Positions 15,001 to 30,000 of a stretch of DNA of 64,000 bases are shown here, in pieces. The DNA comes from Mobula hypostoma (taxonomy: Eukaryota), in NCBI RefSeq assembly GCF_963921235.1, contig NC_086101.1, positions 5,022,001-5,086,000 on the forward strand. The letters run 5' to 3'. Numbering within the stretch: position 1 is the stretch's first letter; every line of letters begins with the position of its first letter. The notes beneath the pieces are model-generated. The model did not search any database, was not told the DNA's origin, and saw nothing but the letters and a program-made list of their open reading frames with translations. Both the position numbers and the translations under genes were made by a program.

Positions 15001-18000
15001 ACCTCTCTCTCTCCCCACTATTCCCAACACCTCTGTCCCCACTATTCCCCACCCCTCTCTCTCCCCCCACCATTCCCCACCCCTCTCTCCCCCCACTATC
15101 CCCCACCTCTCTCTCCCCCACTATCCCCCACCTCTCTCTCCCCCACCTCTCTCTCCCCCCCCCCACTATCCCCCACCTCTCTCTCTCCCCCACTATCCTC
15201 CATCTCTCTCTCCCCCACTATCCCCCACCTCTCTCTCCCCCACTATCCCCCACCTCTCTCTCTCCCCCACTATCCCCCACCTCTCTCTCCCCCCACTATC
15301 CCCCACCTCTCTCTCTCCCCCACTATCCCCCACCTCTCTCTCCCCCCACTATCCCCCACCTCTCTCTCTCCCCCACTATCCCCCACCTCTCTCTCTCCCC
15401 CACTATCCCCCACCTCTCTCTCCCCCACTATCCCCCACCTCTCTCCCCCCCCCACTATCCCCCACCTCTCTCTCTCCCCCACTATCCCCCACCTCTCTCT
15501 CTCCCCCACTATCCCCCACCTCTCTCTCCCCCACTATCCCCCACCTCTCTCTCTCCCCCACTATCCCCCACCTCTCTCTCTCCCCCACTATCCCCCACCT
15601 CTCTCTCCCCCACTATCCCCCACCTCTCTCCCCCACTATCCCCCACCTCTCTCTCCCCCACCTACCCTCACCCCTCTCTCTCCCCCAGTATCCCCCACCC
15701 CTCTCTCCCACACTACCCCCCACTCCTCTCTCTCCCCACTATTCCCCCACCCCTCTCTCTCCCCACTATTCCCCCACCCCTCTCTCTCCCCACTATTCCC
15801 CCACACCCTCTCTCTCCCCACTATTCCCCCACCCCTCTCTCTCCCCACTATTCCCCCACCCCTCTCTCTCCCCACCATTCCCCCACCCCTCTCTCTTCCC
15901 CCACTATTCCCCCACCCCTCTCTCTCCCCCACTATTCCCCCACACCCTCTCTACCCCCACTATTCCCCCACCACCTCTCTCCCCCACTATCCCCCACCCC
16001 TCTCCCCCCACTATCCCCCACCCCTCTCCCCCACCACCTCTCCCCCCACTATCCCCCACCCCTCTCCCCCCACTATCCCCACCCCCTATCTTCCACTATT
16101 CCCCACCCTCCTCTCTCCCCCCACTATCCCCCACCCACTATCTTCCACTATTCCCCACCCTCCTCTCTCCCCACTATTCCCCAACCTCCTCTCTCCCCAC
16201 TATTCCCCCACGCCCCTCACTCCCCCTCTATTCCTCCCGTCCCTCTCTCCCCACTATTCCCCCGTCCCTCTCCCCCACTATTCCCCCGCCCCTCTCCCCC
16301 CACTATTCCCCCGCCCCTCTCTCTCCCCACTATTCCCCCCACCCCTCTCTCTCCCCACTATTCCCCCACCCCTCTCTCTCCCCACTATTCCCCCACCCCT
16401 CTCTCTCCCCACTATTCCCCCACCCCTCTCTCTCCCCACTATTCCCCGTCCCTCTCTCCCCCACTATTCCCCGTCCCTCTCTCCCCACTATTCCCCACGT
16501 CCCTCTCTCACTATTCCCCCACCCCTCTCTCCCCCCACTATTCCCCCACCCCTCTCTCCCCACTATTCCCCCACCCCTCTCTCCCCCCACTATTCCCCCA
16601 CCCCTCTCTCCCCCCACTATCCCCCACCCTCTCTCCCCACTATCCCCCACTCCTCTCTCCCCCTCACTATTCCCCCACCCCGCTCTCCCCACTATTCCCC
16701 CACCCCGCTCTCTCCCTGCACTATTCCCCCACCCCACTCTCTCTCCCCACTATTCCCCCAACCCTCTCTCTCCCCCCACCCCTCAACTCTCTCCCCACTA
16801 TTCCCCCACCCCTCTCTCCCCCACTCTCCCGCCACCCCTCTCTCTCCCACCCCCCACTCTCCCCCACCCACCTCTCCCCCACCCCTCTCTCTCCCCCACT
16901 ATTCCCCCACCCCTCTCTCTCCCCCACTATTCCCCCCACCCCTCTCTCCCCCCACTATTCCCCCACCCCTCTCTCCCCCCACTATTGCCCCCACCCCTCC
17001 CCCTCCCCCACCCCTCTCCCCCCCCCACTATTCCCCCACCCCTCTCTCCCCCCACTATTCCCCCACCCCTCTCTCCCCCCCACTATTCCCCCACCCCTCT
17101 CTCCCCCCACTATTCCCCCACCCCTCTCTCCCCACTATTCTCCCCACCCCTCTCTCTCCCCACTATTCCCCCACCCCTCTCTCTCCCCCACTATTCCCCC
17201 ACACATCCTCTCTCCCCACGATTGCCCCACCCCTCTCTCTCCCCCACTATTCCCCCACCCTCTCTCTCCCCACTATTCCCCCACCTCTCTCTCTCCCCAC
17301 TATTCCCCCACATCCTCTCTCCCCCCACTATTGCCCCTCTCACTCTCTCCCCACTATTCCCCCACCTCCTCTCTCCCCACTATTCCCCCACCCCTCTGTC
17401 CCCACTATTCCCCCACCCCTCTCTCTCCCCACTATTCCCCACCCCTCTCTCTCCCCCCACTATTCCCCCACCCCTCTCTCCCCCACTATCCCCCACCTCT
17501 CTCTCCCCCACTATCCCCCACCTCTCTCTCCACTATTCCCCCACCCCACTATCTCCCCCACTATTCCCCCACCCCTCTCTCCCCCACCCACCCCCACCCT
17601 CTCTCCCACCATCCCCACCTCTCTCCCCCCCCACTATCCCCCACCTCTCTCCCCCACTATCCCCTCCCCTCTCTCCCCCACTATCCCCCACCTCTCTCTC
17701 CCCCACTATTCCCCACCTCTCTCTCCCCACACTATTCCCCACCTCCCTCTCCCCCACTATTCCCCCACCCCTCTCTCCCCCCCACTATCCCCCACCTCTC
17801 TCCCCCACTCCCCCACCCCTCTCCCCCCACTATCCCCCACCTCTCTCTCCCCCACTATCCCCCACCTCCCCCCCCCACCATCCCCCACCCCTCTCTCCCC
17901 CCACTATCCCCCACCCCTCTCTCTCCCCACTATCCCCCCACCCCTCTCTCCCCCACTATCCCCCACCTCTCTCTCCCCCCACTATTCCCCCACCCCTCTC

Positions 18001-21000
18001 TCTCCCCACTATTCCCCCCACCCCTCTCTCCCCCACTATTCCCCCACCCCTCTCTCTCCCCCACTATCCCCCACCCCTCTCCCACACTCCCCACTCTCTC
18101 CCCCCACTATCCCCCACCTCCCTCTCCCCACTATTCCCCACCCTCCCTCTCCCCACTATTCCCCCACCTCTCTCTCCCCACTATTCCCCCACCCCTCTCT
18201 CCCCACTATTCCCCGTCCCTCTCTCCCCACCATTCCCCCACCCCTCTCTCCCCCCACTATTCCCCCCACCCCTCTCTCTCCCCACTATTCCCCCACTGCC
18301 CTCTCTCCCCCACTATTCCCCCACCCCTCTCTCTACCATCCCACCATCCCTCTCTCTCCACCATTCCCCCACCCCTCTCTCCCCCACCATTCCCCCGTCC
18401 CTCTCCCCCCCACTATTCCCCCACCCCTCTCTCTCCCACTATTCCCCCACCCCTCTCTCTCCCCACTATTCCCCCACCCCTCTCTCCCCACTATTCCCCC
18501 CCCCTCTCTCACCCCCACTATTCCCCCCACGTCCCTCTCTCCCCACTATTCCCCCACCCCTCTCTCTCCCCACTATTCCCCCACCCCTCTCTCCCCCCAC
18601 TATTCCCCCACCCCTCTCTCTCCCCACTATTCCCCCACCCCTCTCTCCTCCCACTATTCCCCCACCCCTCTCTCACCATTCCCCCCCACCCCTCTCTCCC
18701 CCCACCCCACCCCTCTCCCACCACTATCTCCCTCTCTCCCCACTATTCCCCCACCCCTCTCTCTCCCCCCACTATTCCCCCACCCCTCTCTTCCCCCACT
18801 ATTCCCCACCCCTCTCTCCCCACTATTCCCCCACTCTCCCCACCATCCCCCCCTCTCTCTCCCCCCACTATTCCCCCACCCCTCTCTCTCCCCACTATTC
18901 CCCCACCCCCTCTCTCTCCCCCACTATTCCCCCACCCCTCTCTCTCCCCCCTATCCCCCCACTCCCCACCCCTCTCTCCCCCACTATTCCCCCACCCCTC
19001 TCTCCCCCACTATTCCCCCACCTCTCTCTCCCCACTATTCCCCCACCCCTCTCTCCCCCCACTATCCCCCACCCCTCTCTCCCCACTACCCCCCACCCTC
19101 CTCACCCCCCACTATTCCCCCACCCCTCTCTCTCCCCACTATTCCCCCACCCCTCTCTCCCCCACTATTCCCCCACCCCTCTCTCTCCCCACTATTCCCC
19201 CACCCCTCTCTCTCCCCACTATTCCCCCACCCCTCTCTCTCCCCACCACTATTCCCCACCACCTCTCTCTCTCCCCACTACCCCCCACCCCTCTCTCTCC
19301 CCACTATTCCCCACCCCTCTCTCTCCCCCACTATTCCCCACCCTCTCTCTNNNNNNNNNNNNNNNNNNNNNNNNNNNNNNNNNNNNNNNNNNNNNNNNNN
19401 NNNNNNNNNNNNNNNNNNNNNNNNNNNNNNNNNNNNNNNNNNNNNNNNNNNNNNNNNNNNNNNNNNNNNNNNNNNNNNNNNNNNNNNNNNNNNNNNNNNN
19501 NNNNNNNNNNNNNNNNNNNNNNNNNNNNNNNNNNNNNNNNNNNNNNNNNNCCCCACTACCCCCCACCCCTCTCTCCCCCCACTACCCCCCACCCCTCTCT
19601 CCCCCACTACCCCCCACCCCTCTCACCCCCCACTATTCCCCCACCCCTCTCTCTCCCAACTATTCCCCCACATCCTCTCCCCCCACTATTGCCCCTCTTA
19701 CTCTCTCCCCACTATTCCCAACCTCTCTCTCTCCCCATTCTTACCCCTCTCTCCCCCCACTCTCCCCACCCCTCTCTCTCCCCCACTACTCTTCCCCTAC
19801 CCCTCTCTCTCCCCACTCATTCCCCCACCCCTCTCTCTCCCCCACTATTCCCCCACCCCTCTCTCTCCCACTCTCCCCCACCCCTCTCTCCCCCCTATCC
19901 CCCACCCCTCTCTCCCCCACTACCCCACCCCTCTCTCCATTCCCCACCCCCCACTATCCCCCACCCCTCTCTCCCCCCACTCTCCCCCACCCCTCTCTCC
20001 CACTCTCCCCACCCCTCTCTCCCCACTATTCCCCCACCCCTCTCTCCTCCCCACTCTCCCCCCACCCCTCTCCTCCCCCACTATCCCCCGTCCCTCTCTC
20101 TCCCCACTCTTCCCCCACCCCTCTCTCTCCCCACTATCCCCCACCCCTCTCTCTCCCCACTCTTCCCCCACCCCTCTCTCCCCCCCACTATCCCCCACCC
20201 CTCTCTCTCCCCACTATTCCCCCACACCCTCTCTCTCCCCACTATTCCCCCACCCCTCTCTCCCCCCACTATCCCCCACCCCTCTCTCCCCCCACTATCC
20301 CCCACCCCCTTTCTTCCACTATTCCCCCACCCCTCTCTCTCCCCACTATTCCCCCACACCCTCTCTCTTCCCACTATTCCCCCACCCCTCTCTCTCCCCA
20401 CTATTCCCCCACCCTCTCTCTCCCCACTATCCCCCATGCCCCTCTCCCCCCACTATTCCCCCACCCCTCTCTCTCCTCACTATCCCCCTCCCTCTCCTCC
20501 AATCTCCCCCACCACTCTCTCTCCACACTATCCCCGTCCCTCTCTCCCCCCACTCTCCCCCACCCCTCTCTCTCCCCACTCTTCCCCTCTCCCTCTCTCT
20601 CCCCACTCTTCCCCCACCCCTCTCTCTCCCACTCTTCCCCCACCCCTCTCTCTCACCCCACTATCCCCCCACCCTCTCTCTCCCCACTCTCCCCCACACC
20701 CTCTCTCTCCCCCACTCTCCCCTACCCCTCTCTCCCCCCCTACTCCCCCACCCCTCTCTCTCCAACTATTCCCCTCACCCCTCTCTCCCACTCCCCCACC
20801 CCTCTCTCTCCCCCACTCTCCCCTACCCCTCTCTCCCACTCTCCCCACACCCCCTCTCTCCCCCCACTATGCCCCACCCCCTCTCCCCCACCCCCTCTCC
20901 CCCACTCTCCCTCCCTCTCCCCACTATTCCCCTGTCTCCCTCACTCTCCCTCTCTACCCCTCTCTCTCCCACTCCCCTCTCATTCCCCCACTCTCCCCCC

Positions 21001-24000
21001 CTCTCTCCCCCCTCTCTCCCCACTATTCCCCGTCCCTCTCTCCCCACTATTCCCCCACCCCTCTCTCCCCCACTATTCCCCACCCCCTCTCTCCCCACTA
21101 TTTCCCCACCTCTCACTCCCCCACTACCCACCCCTCTCTCTCCCACTCTCCCCCACCCCTCTCTCCCCCACTATTCCCCCACCCCTCTCTCCCCACTATT
21201 CCCCCACCCCTCTCTCCCCACTCCCCCTACCCCTCTCTCCCCCCACTACCCCCCACCCCTCTCACCCCCACTATTCCCCCGTCCCTCTCTCCCCCACTAT
21301 TCCCCTGTCCCTCTCTTCCCCACTATTCCCCCACCCCTCTCTCTCACCCCACTATTCCCCCACCCCTCTCTCTCCCCCCTATTCCCCCCCACCCTCTCTC
21401 TCCCCACTATTCCCCCACCCCTCTCTCCCCCACTATTCCCCCACCCCTCTCTCTCCCCACTATTCCCTCACCCCTCTCTCCTCACTATTCCCCCACCCCT
21501 CTCTCTCCCCCACTACCGCCACCCCTTTCTCCCCACACCCCCTTTCACCCCCACTATGCCCCACCCCCTCTCCCCCAGCCCTCCCCCTCCCCACTATTCC
21601 CCTGTCCCTCTCTCCTCAGTATTCCCCCACCCCTCTCTCCCCACTATTCCCCGTCCCTCTCTCCCCACTATTCCCCCACCCGTCTCTCCCCACTATTCCC
21701 CCCCCCTCTCTCTCCCCCCACTATTCCCCCACCTCTCTCTCCCCCCCACTACCCCCCACCCCTCTCTCCCCCCACTCCCCCCCACCCCTCTCTCCCCCAC
21801 TCCCCCCACCCCTCTCACCCCCCACTATTCCCCCACCCCTCTCTCTCCCAACTATTCCCCCACATCCTCTCCCCCCACTATTGCCCCTCTTACTCTCTCC
21901 CCACTATTCCCAACCTCTCTCTCTCCCCATTATTCCCCACCCCTCTCTCCCCACTATTCCCCACCCCTCTCTCTCCCCACTATTCCTACCCCTCTCTCCC
22001 CCCACTATTCCCCCACCCCTCTCTCTCCCCCCACTATTCCCCCACCCCTCTCTCTCTCCCCACTATTCCCCTGGCCCCCTCTCTCTCCCCCCACTACCCC
22101 CCACCCCTCTCTCCCCCCACTATCCCCCACCCCTCTCTCCCCCACTAACCCCACCCCTCTCTCCCCCACTCTTCCCCCACCCCTCTCTCTCCCCACTATT
22201 CCCCCACACCCTCTCTCTTCCAAATATTCCCCCACATCTCTCTCCCCCCACTATTGCCCCTCTCACTCTCTCCCCACTATTCCCCAACCTCTCTCTCTCC
22301 CCACTATTCCCCACCCCTCTCTCCCCACTATTCCCCACCCCTCTCTCTCCCCCACTATTCCCCACCCCTCTCTCTCCCCCACTATTCCCCCACCCCTCTC
22401 TCTCCCCCCACTATTCCCCCACCCCTCTCTCTCCCCACTATTCCCCCGCCCCTCTCTCTCTCCCCTACTATCCCCCATCCCTCTCTCCCCCACTACCCCC
22501 CACCCCTCTCACCCCCACTATTCCCCCTCTCCTCTCCCCCCGATTATTCCCCTGTCCCTCTCTCCCCCCACTATTCCCCCACCCCTCTCTCCCCCCACTA
22601 TCCCCCACCCCTCTCTCTCCCCACTATTCCCCCACCCCTCTCTCCCCACTATTCCCCACCCCTCTCTCTCCCCCACTATTCCCCACCCCTCTCTCTGCCC
22701 CCACTATTCCCCACCCCTCTCTCTCCCCCCACTATTCCCCCACCCCTCTCTCTCCCACACTATTCCCCCCCTCTCTCTCTCCCCACTATTCCCCTGCCCC
22801 CCTCTCTCTCCCTCCTATTCCCCTGCCCCCCCTCTCTCCCCCACTCCCCACCCTCTCTCCCCACTATCCCCCACCCCTCTCTCCCCCCACTACCCCCACC
22901 CCTCTCTCCCCCCACTCCCCCACCCCTCTCTCCCCCACACCCCTCCACCCCCCTATCCCCTCTCTCCCCCACTATCCCCCACCCCCTCTCTCCCCCACTA
23001 TTCCCCCACCCCTCTCTCCCCCACTATTCCCCCACCCCTCTCTCTCCCCCACCCCCCTCTCCCCCCTTCCCCACCCCTCTCTCTCCCCACTTCCCCCACC
23101 CTCTCTCCCCACTTCCCCCACCCCCTCTCCCCCCTATTCCCCCACCCCTCTCTCTCCCCACTATTCCCCCACAGCCTCTCTCCCCCCACTAGCCCCCACT
23201 ATCTCCCACCACCTCTCCCCCCCACTATCCCCCACCCCTCTCCCCCCACTATCCCCCACCCCTCTCTCTCCCCACTATTCCCCCGTCCCTCTCTCCTCCC
23301 ACTATTCCCCTGTCCCTCTCTCCCCCCACTATTCCCCCGTCCCTCTCTCCCCCACTATTCCCCCACCCCTCTCTCCCCCACTACCCCCACCCCTCTCTCC
23401 CCCACTACCCCCACCCCTCTCTCCTCCACTACCCCCACCCCTCTCTCCCCCCACTATTCCCCACCCCTCTCTCTCCCCCCACTATTCCCCACCCCTCTCT
23501 CTCCCCCCACTATTCCCCCACCCCTCTCTCTCCTGCCACTATTCCCCCACCCTCTCTCTCTCCCCCACTATTCCCCCGCCCCCTCTCTCTCTCCCCACTA
23601 TTCCCCTGCCCCCCTCTCACTCCCCCCACTATTCCCCACCCTCTCTCCCCCCACTATTCCCCCCTCTCTCTCCCCCCACTACCCCCACCCCTCTCTCCCC
23701 CCACTATCCCCCACCCCTCTCTCCCCCACTACTCCCCACCCCTCTCTCCCCCACTATTCCCCTGTCCCTCTCTCCCCCCACTATTCCCCCACCCCTCTCT
23801 CTCCCCACTATTCCCCCACCCCTCTCTCTCTCCCACTATTCCCCCACCCCTCTCTCTCCCCCCACTATTCCCCCACCCCTCTCTCTCCCCACTATTCCCC
23901 CACAGCCTCTCTCCCCCCACTATCCCCCACTATCTCCCACCACCTCTCCCCCCACTATCCCCCAACCCTCTCCCCCCACTATCCCCCACCCCTCTCTCTC

Positions 24001-27000
24001 CCCACTATTCCCCCGTCCCTCTCTCCTCCCACTATTCCCCCGTCCCTCTCCCCCCCACTATTCCCCCGTCCCTCTCTCCCCCCAACATTCCCCCACATCC
24101 TCTCTCCCCCCACTATTGCCCCTCTCACTCTCTCCCCACTATTCCCCAACCTCTCTCTCTCCCCACTATTCACCCACATCCTCTCTCCCCCCACTATTGC
24201 CGCTCTCACACTCTCCCCACTATTCCCCAACCTCTCTCTCTCCCCACTATTCCCCCACCTCTCTCTCTCCCCACTATTCCCCCACCCCTCTGTCCCCACT
24301 ATTCCCCACCCCTCTCTCTCCCCCCACTATTCCCCACCCCTCTCTCCCCCACTATCCCCCACCTCTCTCTCCCCCACTATCCCCCACCTCTCTCTCCCCC
24401 ACCTCTCTCTCCCCCACTATCCCCCACCTCTCTCTCTCCCCCACTATCCCCCACCTCTCTCTCCCCCCACTATCCCCCACCCCTCTCTCCCCCACTAACC
24501 CCACCCCTCTCTCTCCCCACTATTCCACCACCCCTCTCTCCCCCCACTATTCCCCCACCCCTCTCTCCCCCCACTATTCCCCCACCCCTCTCTCCCCACT
24601 ATTCCCCCAGCCCTCTCTCCTCCCCACTATTCCCCCACCCCTCTCTTCCCCCACTATTCCCCCGTCCCTCTCTCCTCCCCACTATTCCCCCACCCCTCTC
24701 TCTCCCCACTATTCCCCCACCCCTCTCTCTCCCCACTATTCCCCCACCCCTCTCTATCCCCCCACTATTCCCCCACCCCTCTCTCTCCCCACTATTCCCC
24801 CACACCCTCTCTCTCCCCACTATTCCCCCACACCCTCTCTATCCCCCCACTATCCCCCACCCCTCTCTCCCCCCACTATCCCCCACCCCCTCTCCCCCAC
24901 CCCCTCTTCCACTATTCCCCCACCCCTCTCTCTCCCCACTATTCCCCCACACCCTCTCTCTTCCCACTATTCCCCCACCCCTCTCTCTCCCCACTATTCC
25001 CCCACCCTCTCTCTCCCCACTATTCCCCCATGCCCCTCTCCCCCCACTATTCCCCCACCCCTCTCTCTCCTCACTATTCCCCCGTCCCTCTCCTCCAATA
25101 TTCCCCCACCACTCTCTCTCCACACTATTGCCCCGTCCCTCTCTCCCCCCACTACTCCCCCACCCCTCTCTCTCCCCACTATTCCCCCACTCCTCTCTCT
25201 CTCCCCACTATTCCCCCACCCCTCTCTCTCCCCACTATTCCCCCACCCCTCTCTCTCACCCCACTATTCCCCCACCCGTCTCTCTCCCCACTATTCCCCC
25301 ACACCCTCTCTCTCCCCACTATTCCCCCACCCCTCTCTCCCCCACTATTCCCCCACCCCTCTCTCTGTCAACTATTCCCTCACCCCTCTCTCCTCACTAT
25401 TCCCCCACCCCTCTCTCTCCCCCACTACCGCCACCCCTTTCTCCCCACACCCCCTCTTGCCCCCACTATGCCCCACCCCCTCTCCCCCAGCCCTCCCTCT
25501 CCCCACTATTCCCCTGTCCCTCTCTCCTCAGTATTCCCCCACCCCTCTCTCCCCACTATTTCCCGTCCCTCTCTCCCCACTATTCCCCCACCCCTCTCTC
25601 CCCCCCACTATTCCCCACCCCCTCTCTCCCCACTATTTCCCCACCTCTCACTCCCCCACTATTCCGCACCCCTCTCTCTCCCACTATTCCCCCACCCCTC
25701 TCTCCCCCACTATTCCCCCACCCCTCTCTCTCCCCACTATTCCCCCACCCCTCTCTCTCCCCACTATTCCCCCACCCCTCTCTCCCCCCACTACCCCCCA
25801 CCCCTCTCACCCCCACTATTCCCCCGTCCCTCTCTCCCCCCACTATTCCCCTGTCCCTCTCTCCCCCGACTATTCCCCCACCCCTCTCTCTCACCCCACT
25901 ATTCCCCCACCCCTCTCTCTCCCCACTATTCCCCCACACCCTCTCTCTCCCCACTATTCCCCCACCCCTCTCTCCCCCCACTATTCCCCCACCCCTCTCT
26001 CTCTCAACTATTCCCTCACCCCTCTCTCCTCACTATTCCCCCACCCCTCTCTCTCCCCCACTACCGCCACCCCTTTCTCCCCACACCCCCTTTCACCCCC
26101 ACTATGCCCCACCCCCTCTCCCCAGCCCTCCCTCTCCCCACTATTCCCCTGTCCCTCTCTCCTCAGTATTCCCCCACCCCTCTCTCCCCACTATTCCCCG
26201 TCCCTCTCTCCCCACTATTCCCCCACCCCTCTCTCCCCACTATTCCCCACCCCTCTCTCTCCCCCCACTATTCCCCCACCTCTCTCTCCCCCCCACTACC
26301 CCCCACCCCTCTCTCCCCCCACTACCCCCCACCCCTCTCTCCCCCACTACCCCCCACCCCTCTCACCCCCCACTATTCCCCCACCCCTCTCTCTCCCAAC
26401 TATTCCCCCACATCCTCTCCCCCCACTATTGCCCCTCTTACTCTCTCCCCACTATTCCCAACCTCTCTCTCTCCCCATTATTCCCCACCCCTCTCTCCCC
26501 ACTATTCCCCCACCCCTCTCTCTCCCCCCACTATTCCCCCACCCCTCTCTCTCTCCCCCCACTATTCCCCTGGCCCCCTCTCTCTCCCCCCACTATTCCC
26601 CACCCCTCTCTCCCCCCACTATTCCCCCACCTCTCTCTCCCCCCACTACCCCCCACCCCTCTCTCCCCCCACTATCCACCACCCCTCTCTCCCCCACTAA
26701 CCCCACCCCTCTCTCTCCCCACTATTCCCCCACCCCTCTCTCTCCCCACTATTCCCCCACACCCTCTCTCTTCCAAATATTCCCCCACATTCTCTCCCCC
26801 CCACTATTGCCCCTCTCACTCTCTCCCCACTATTCCCCAACCTCTTTCTCTCCCCACTATTCCCCACCCCTCTCTCCCCACTATTCCCCACCCCTCTCTC
26901 TCCCCCACTATTCCCCACCCCTCTCTCTCCCCCCCACTATTCCCCCACCCCTCTCTCTCCCCCCACTATTCCCCCACCCCTCTCTCTCCTGCCACTATTC

Positions 27001-30000
27001 CCCCGCCCCTCTCTCTCTCCCCTACTATCCCCCATCCCTCTCTCCCCCACTACCCCCCACCCCTCTCACCCCCACTATTCCCCCGTCCCTCTCCCCCCGA
27101 TTATTCCCCTGTCCCTCTCTCCCCCCCACTATTCCCCCACCCCTCTCTCCCCCCACTATTCCCCCACCCCTCTCTCTCCCCACTATTCCCCCACCCCTCT
27201 CTCCCCACTATTCCCCACCCCTCTCTCTCCCCCCACTATTCCCCACCCCTCTCTCTGCCCCCACTATTCCCCACCCCTCTCTCTCCCCCCACTATTCCCC
27301 CACCCCTCTCTCTCCCCCACTATTCCCCCCCTCTCTCTCTCCCCACTATTCCCCTGCCCCCCTCTCTCTCCCTCCTATTCCCCTGCCCCCCTCTCTCTCC
27401 CCCCACTATTCCCCACCCTCTCTCCCCCCACTATTCCCCCACTCTCTCTCCCCCCACTACCCCCACCCCTCTCTCCCCCCACTATCCCCCACCCCTCTCT
27501 CCCCCACTACCCCCCACCCCTCTCACCCCCACTATTCCCCCGTCCCTCTCTCCCCCACTATTCCCCCACCCCCCTCTCTCCCCACTATTCCCCCACCCCT
27601 CTCTCTCCCCACTATTCCCCCACCCCTCTCTCTCCCCACTATTCCCCCACCCCCCTCTCTCCCCCCGCTATTCCCCGACCCCTCTCTCTCCCCACTATTC
27701 CCCCACAGCCTCTCTCCCCCCACTAGCCCCCACTATCTCCCACCACCTCTCCCCCCCACTATCCCCCACCCCTCTCCCCCCACTATCCCCCACCCCTCTC
27801 TCTCCCCACTATTCCCCCGTCCCTCTCTCCTCCCACTATTCCCCTGTCCCTCTCTCCCCCCACTATTCCCCCGTCCCTCTCTCCCCCCACTATTCCCCCA
27901 CCCCTCTCTCCCCCACTACCCCCACCCCTCTCTCCCCCACTACCCCCACCCCTCTCTCCTCCACTACCCCCACCCCTCTCTCCCCCCACTATTCCCCACC
28001 CCTCTCTCTCCCCCCACTATTCCCCACCCCTCTCTCTCCCCCCACTATTCCCCCACCCCTCTCTCTCCTGCCACTATTCCCCCACCCTCTCTCTCTCCCC
28101 CACTATTCCCCCGCCCCCTCTCTCTCTCCCCACTATTCCCCTGCCCCCCTCTCTCTCCACCCACTATTCCCCACCCTCTCCCCCCACTATTCCCCCCTCT
28201 CTCTCCCCCCACTACCCCCACCCCTCTCTCCCCCCACTATCCCCCACCCCTCTCTCCCCCACTACTCCCCAGCCCTCTCACCCCCACTATTCCCCTGTCC
28301 CTCTCTCCCCCCACTATTCCCCCACCCCTCTCTCTCCCCACTATTCCCCCACCCCTCTCTCTCTCCCACTATTCCCCCACCCCTCTCTCTCCCCCCACTA
28401 TTCCCCCACCCCTCTCTCTCCCCACTATTCCCCCACAGCTCTCTCTCCCCCACTATCCCCCACTATCTCCCCCCACTATCCCCCAACCCTCTCCCCCCAC
28501 TATCCCCCACCCCTCTCTCTCCCCACTATTCCCCCCTCCCTCCCCTCCTCCCACTATTCCCCCGTCCCTCTCCCCCCCACTATTCCCCCGTCCCTCTCTC
28601 CCCCCAACATTCCCCCACATCCTCTCTCCCCCCACTATTGCCCCTCTCACTCTCTCCCCACTATTCCCCAACCTCTCTCTCTCCCCACTATTCACCCACA
28701 TCCTCTCTCCCCCCACTATTGCCGCTCTCACACTCTCCCCACTATTCCCCAACCTCTCTCTCTCCCCACTATTCCCCAACCTCTCTCTCTCCCCACTATT
28801 CCCAACCCCTCTGTCCCCACTATTCCCCACCCCTCTCTCTCCCCCCACTATTCCCCACCCCTCTCTCCCCCACTATCCCCCACCTCTCTCTCCCCCACTA
28901 TCCCCCACCTCTCTCTCCCCCACCTCTCTCTCCCCCCCACTATCCCCCACCTCTCTCTCTCCCCCACTATCCCCCATCTCTCTCTCCCCCACTATCCCCC
29001 ACCTCTCTCTCCCCCACTATCCCCCACCTCTCTCTCTCCCCCACTATCCCCCACCTCTCTCTCCCCCCACTATCCCCCACCTCTCTCTCTCCCCCACTAT
29101 CCCCCACCTCTCTCTCCCCCACTATCCCCCACCTCTCTCTCCCCCACTATCCCCACCTCTCTCTCCCCCCACTATCCCCCACCTCTCTCTCTCCCCCACT
29201 ATCCCCCACCTCTCTCTCTCCCCCACTATCCCCCACCTCTCTCTCCCCCACTATCCCCCACCTCTCTCCCCCCCCACTATCCCCCACCTCTCTCTCTCCC
29301 CCACTATCCCCCACCTCTCTCTCCCCCACTATCCCCCACCTCTCTCTCCCCCACTATCCCCCACCTCTCTCTCCCCCCCACTATCCCCCACCTCTCTCTC
29401 TCCCCCACTATCCCCCACCTCTCTCTCCCCCACTATCCCCCACCTCTCTCTCCCCCACTATCCCCCACCTCTCTCTCCCCCCACTACCCCCACCCCTCTC
29501 TCCCCCCAGTATCCCCCACCCCTCTCTCCCACACTACCCCCCACTCCTCTCTCTCCCCACTATTCCCCCACCCCTCTCTCTCCCCCCACTATTCCCCCAC
29601 CCCTCTCTCTCCCCACTATTCCCCCACACCCTCTCTCCCCCACTACCCCCACCCCTCTCTCTCCCCACTATTCCCCCACACCCTCTCTACCCCCACTATC
29701 CCCCACCACCTCTCTCCCCCACTATCCCCCACCCCTCTCCCCCCACCACCTCTCCCCCCACTATCCCCCACCCCTCTCCCCCACTATCCCCCACCCCCTA
29801 TCTTCCACTATTCCCCACCCTCCTCTCTCCCCCCACTATCCCCCACCCACTATCTTCCACTATTCCCCACCCTCCTCTCTCCCCACTATTCCCCAACCTC
29901 CTCTCTCCCCACTATTCCCCCACGCCCCTCACCCCCCTCTATTCCTCCGTCCCTCTCTCTCCTCACTATTCCCCCGTCCCTATCCCCCCAATATTCCCCC

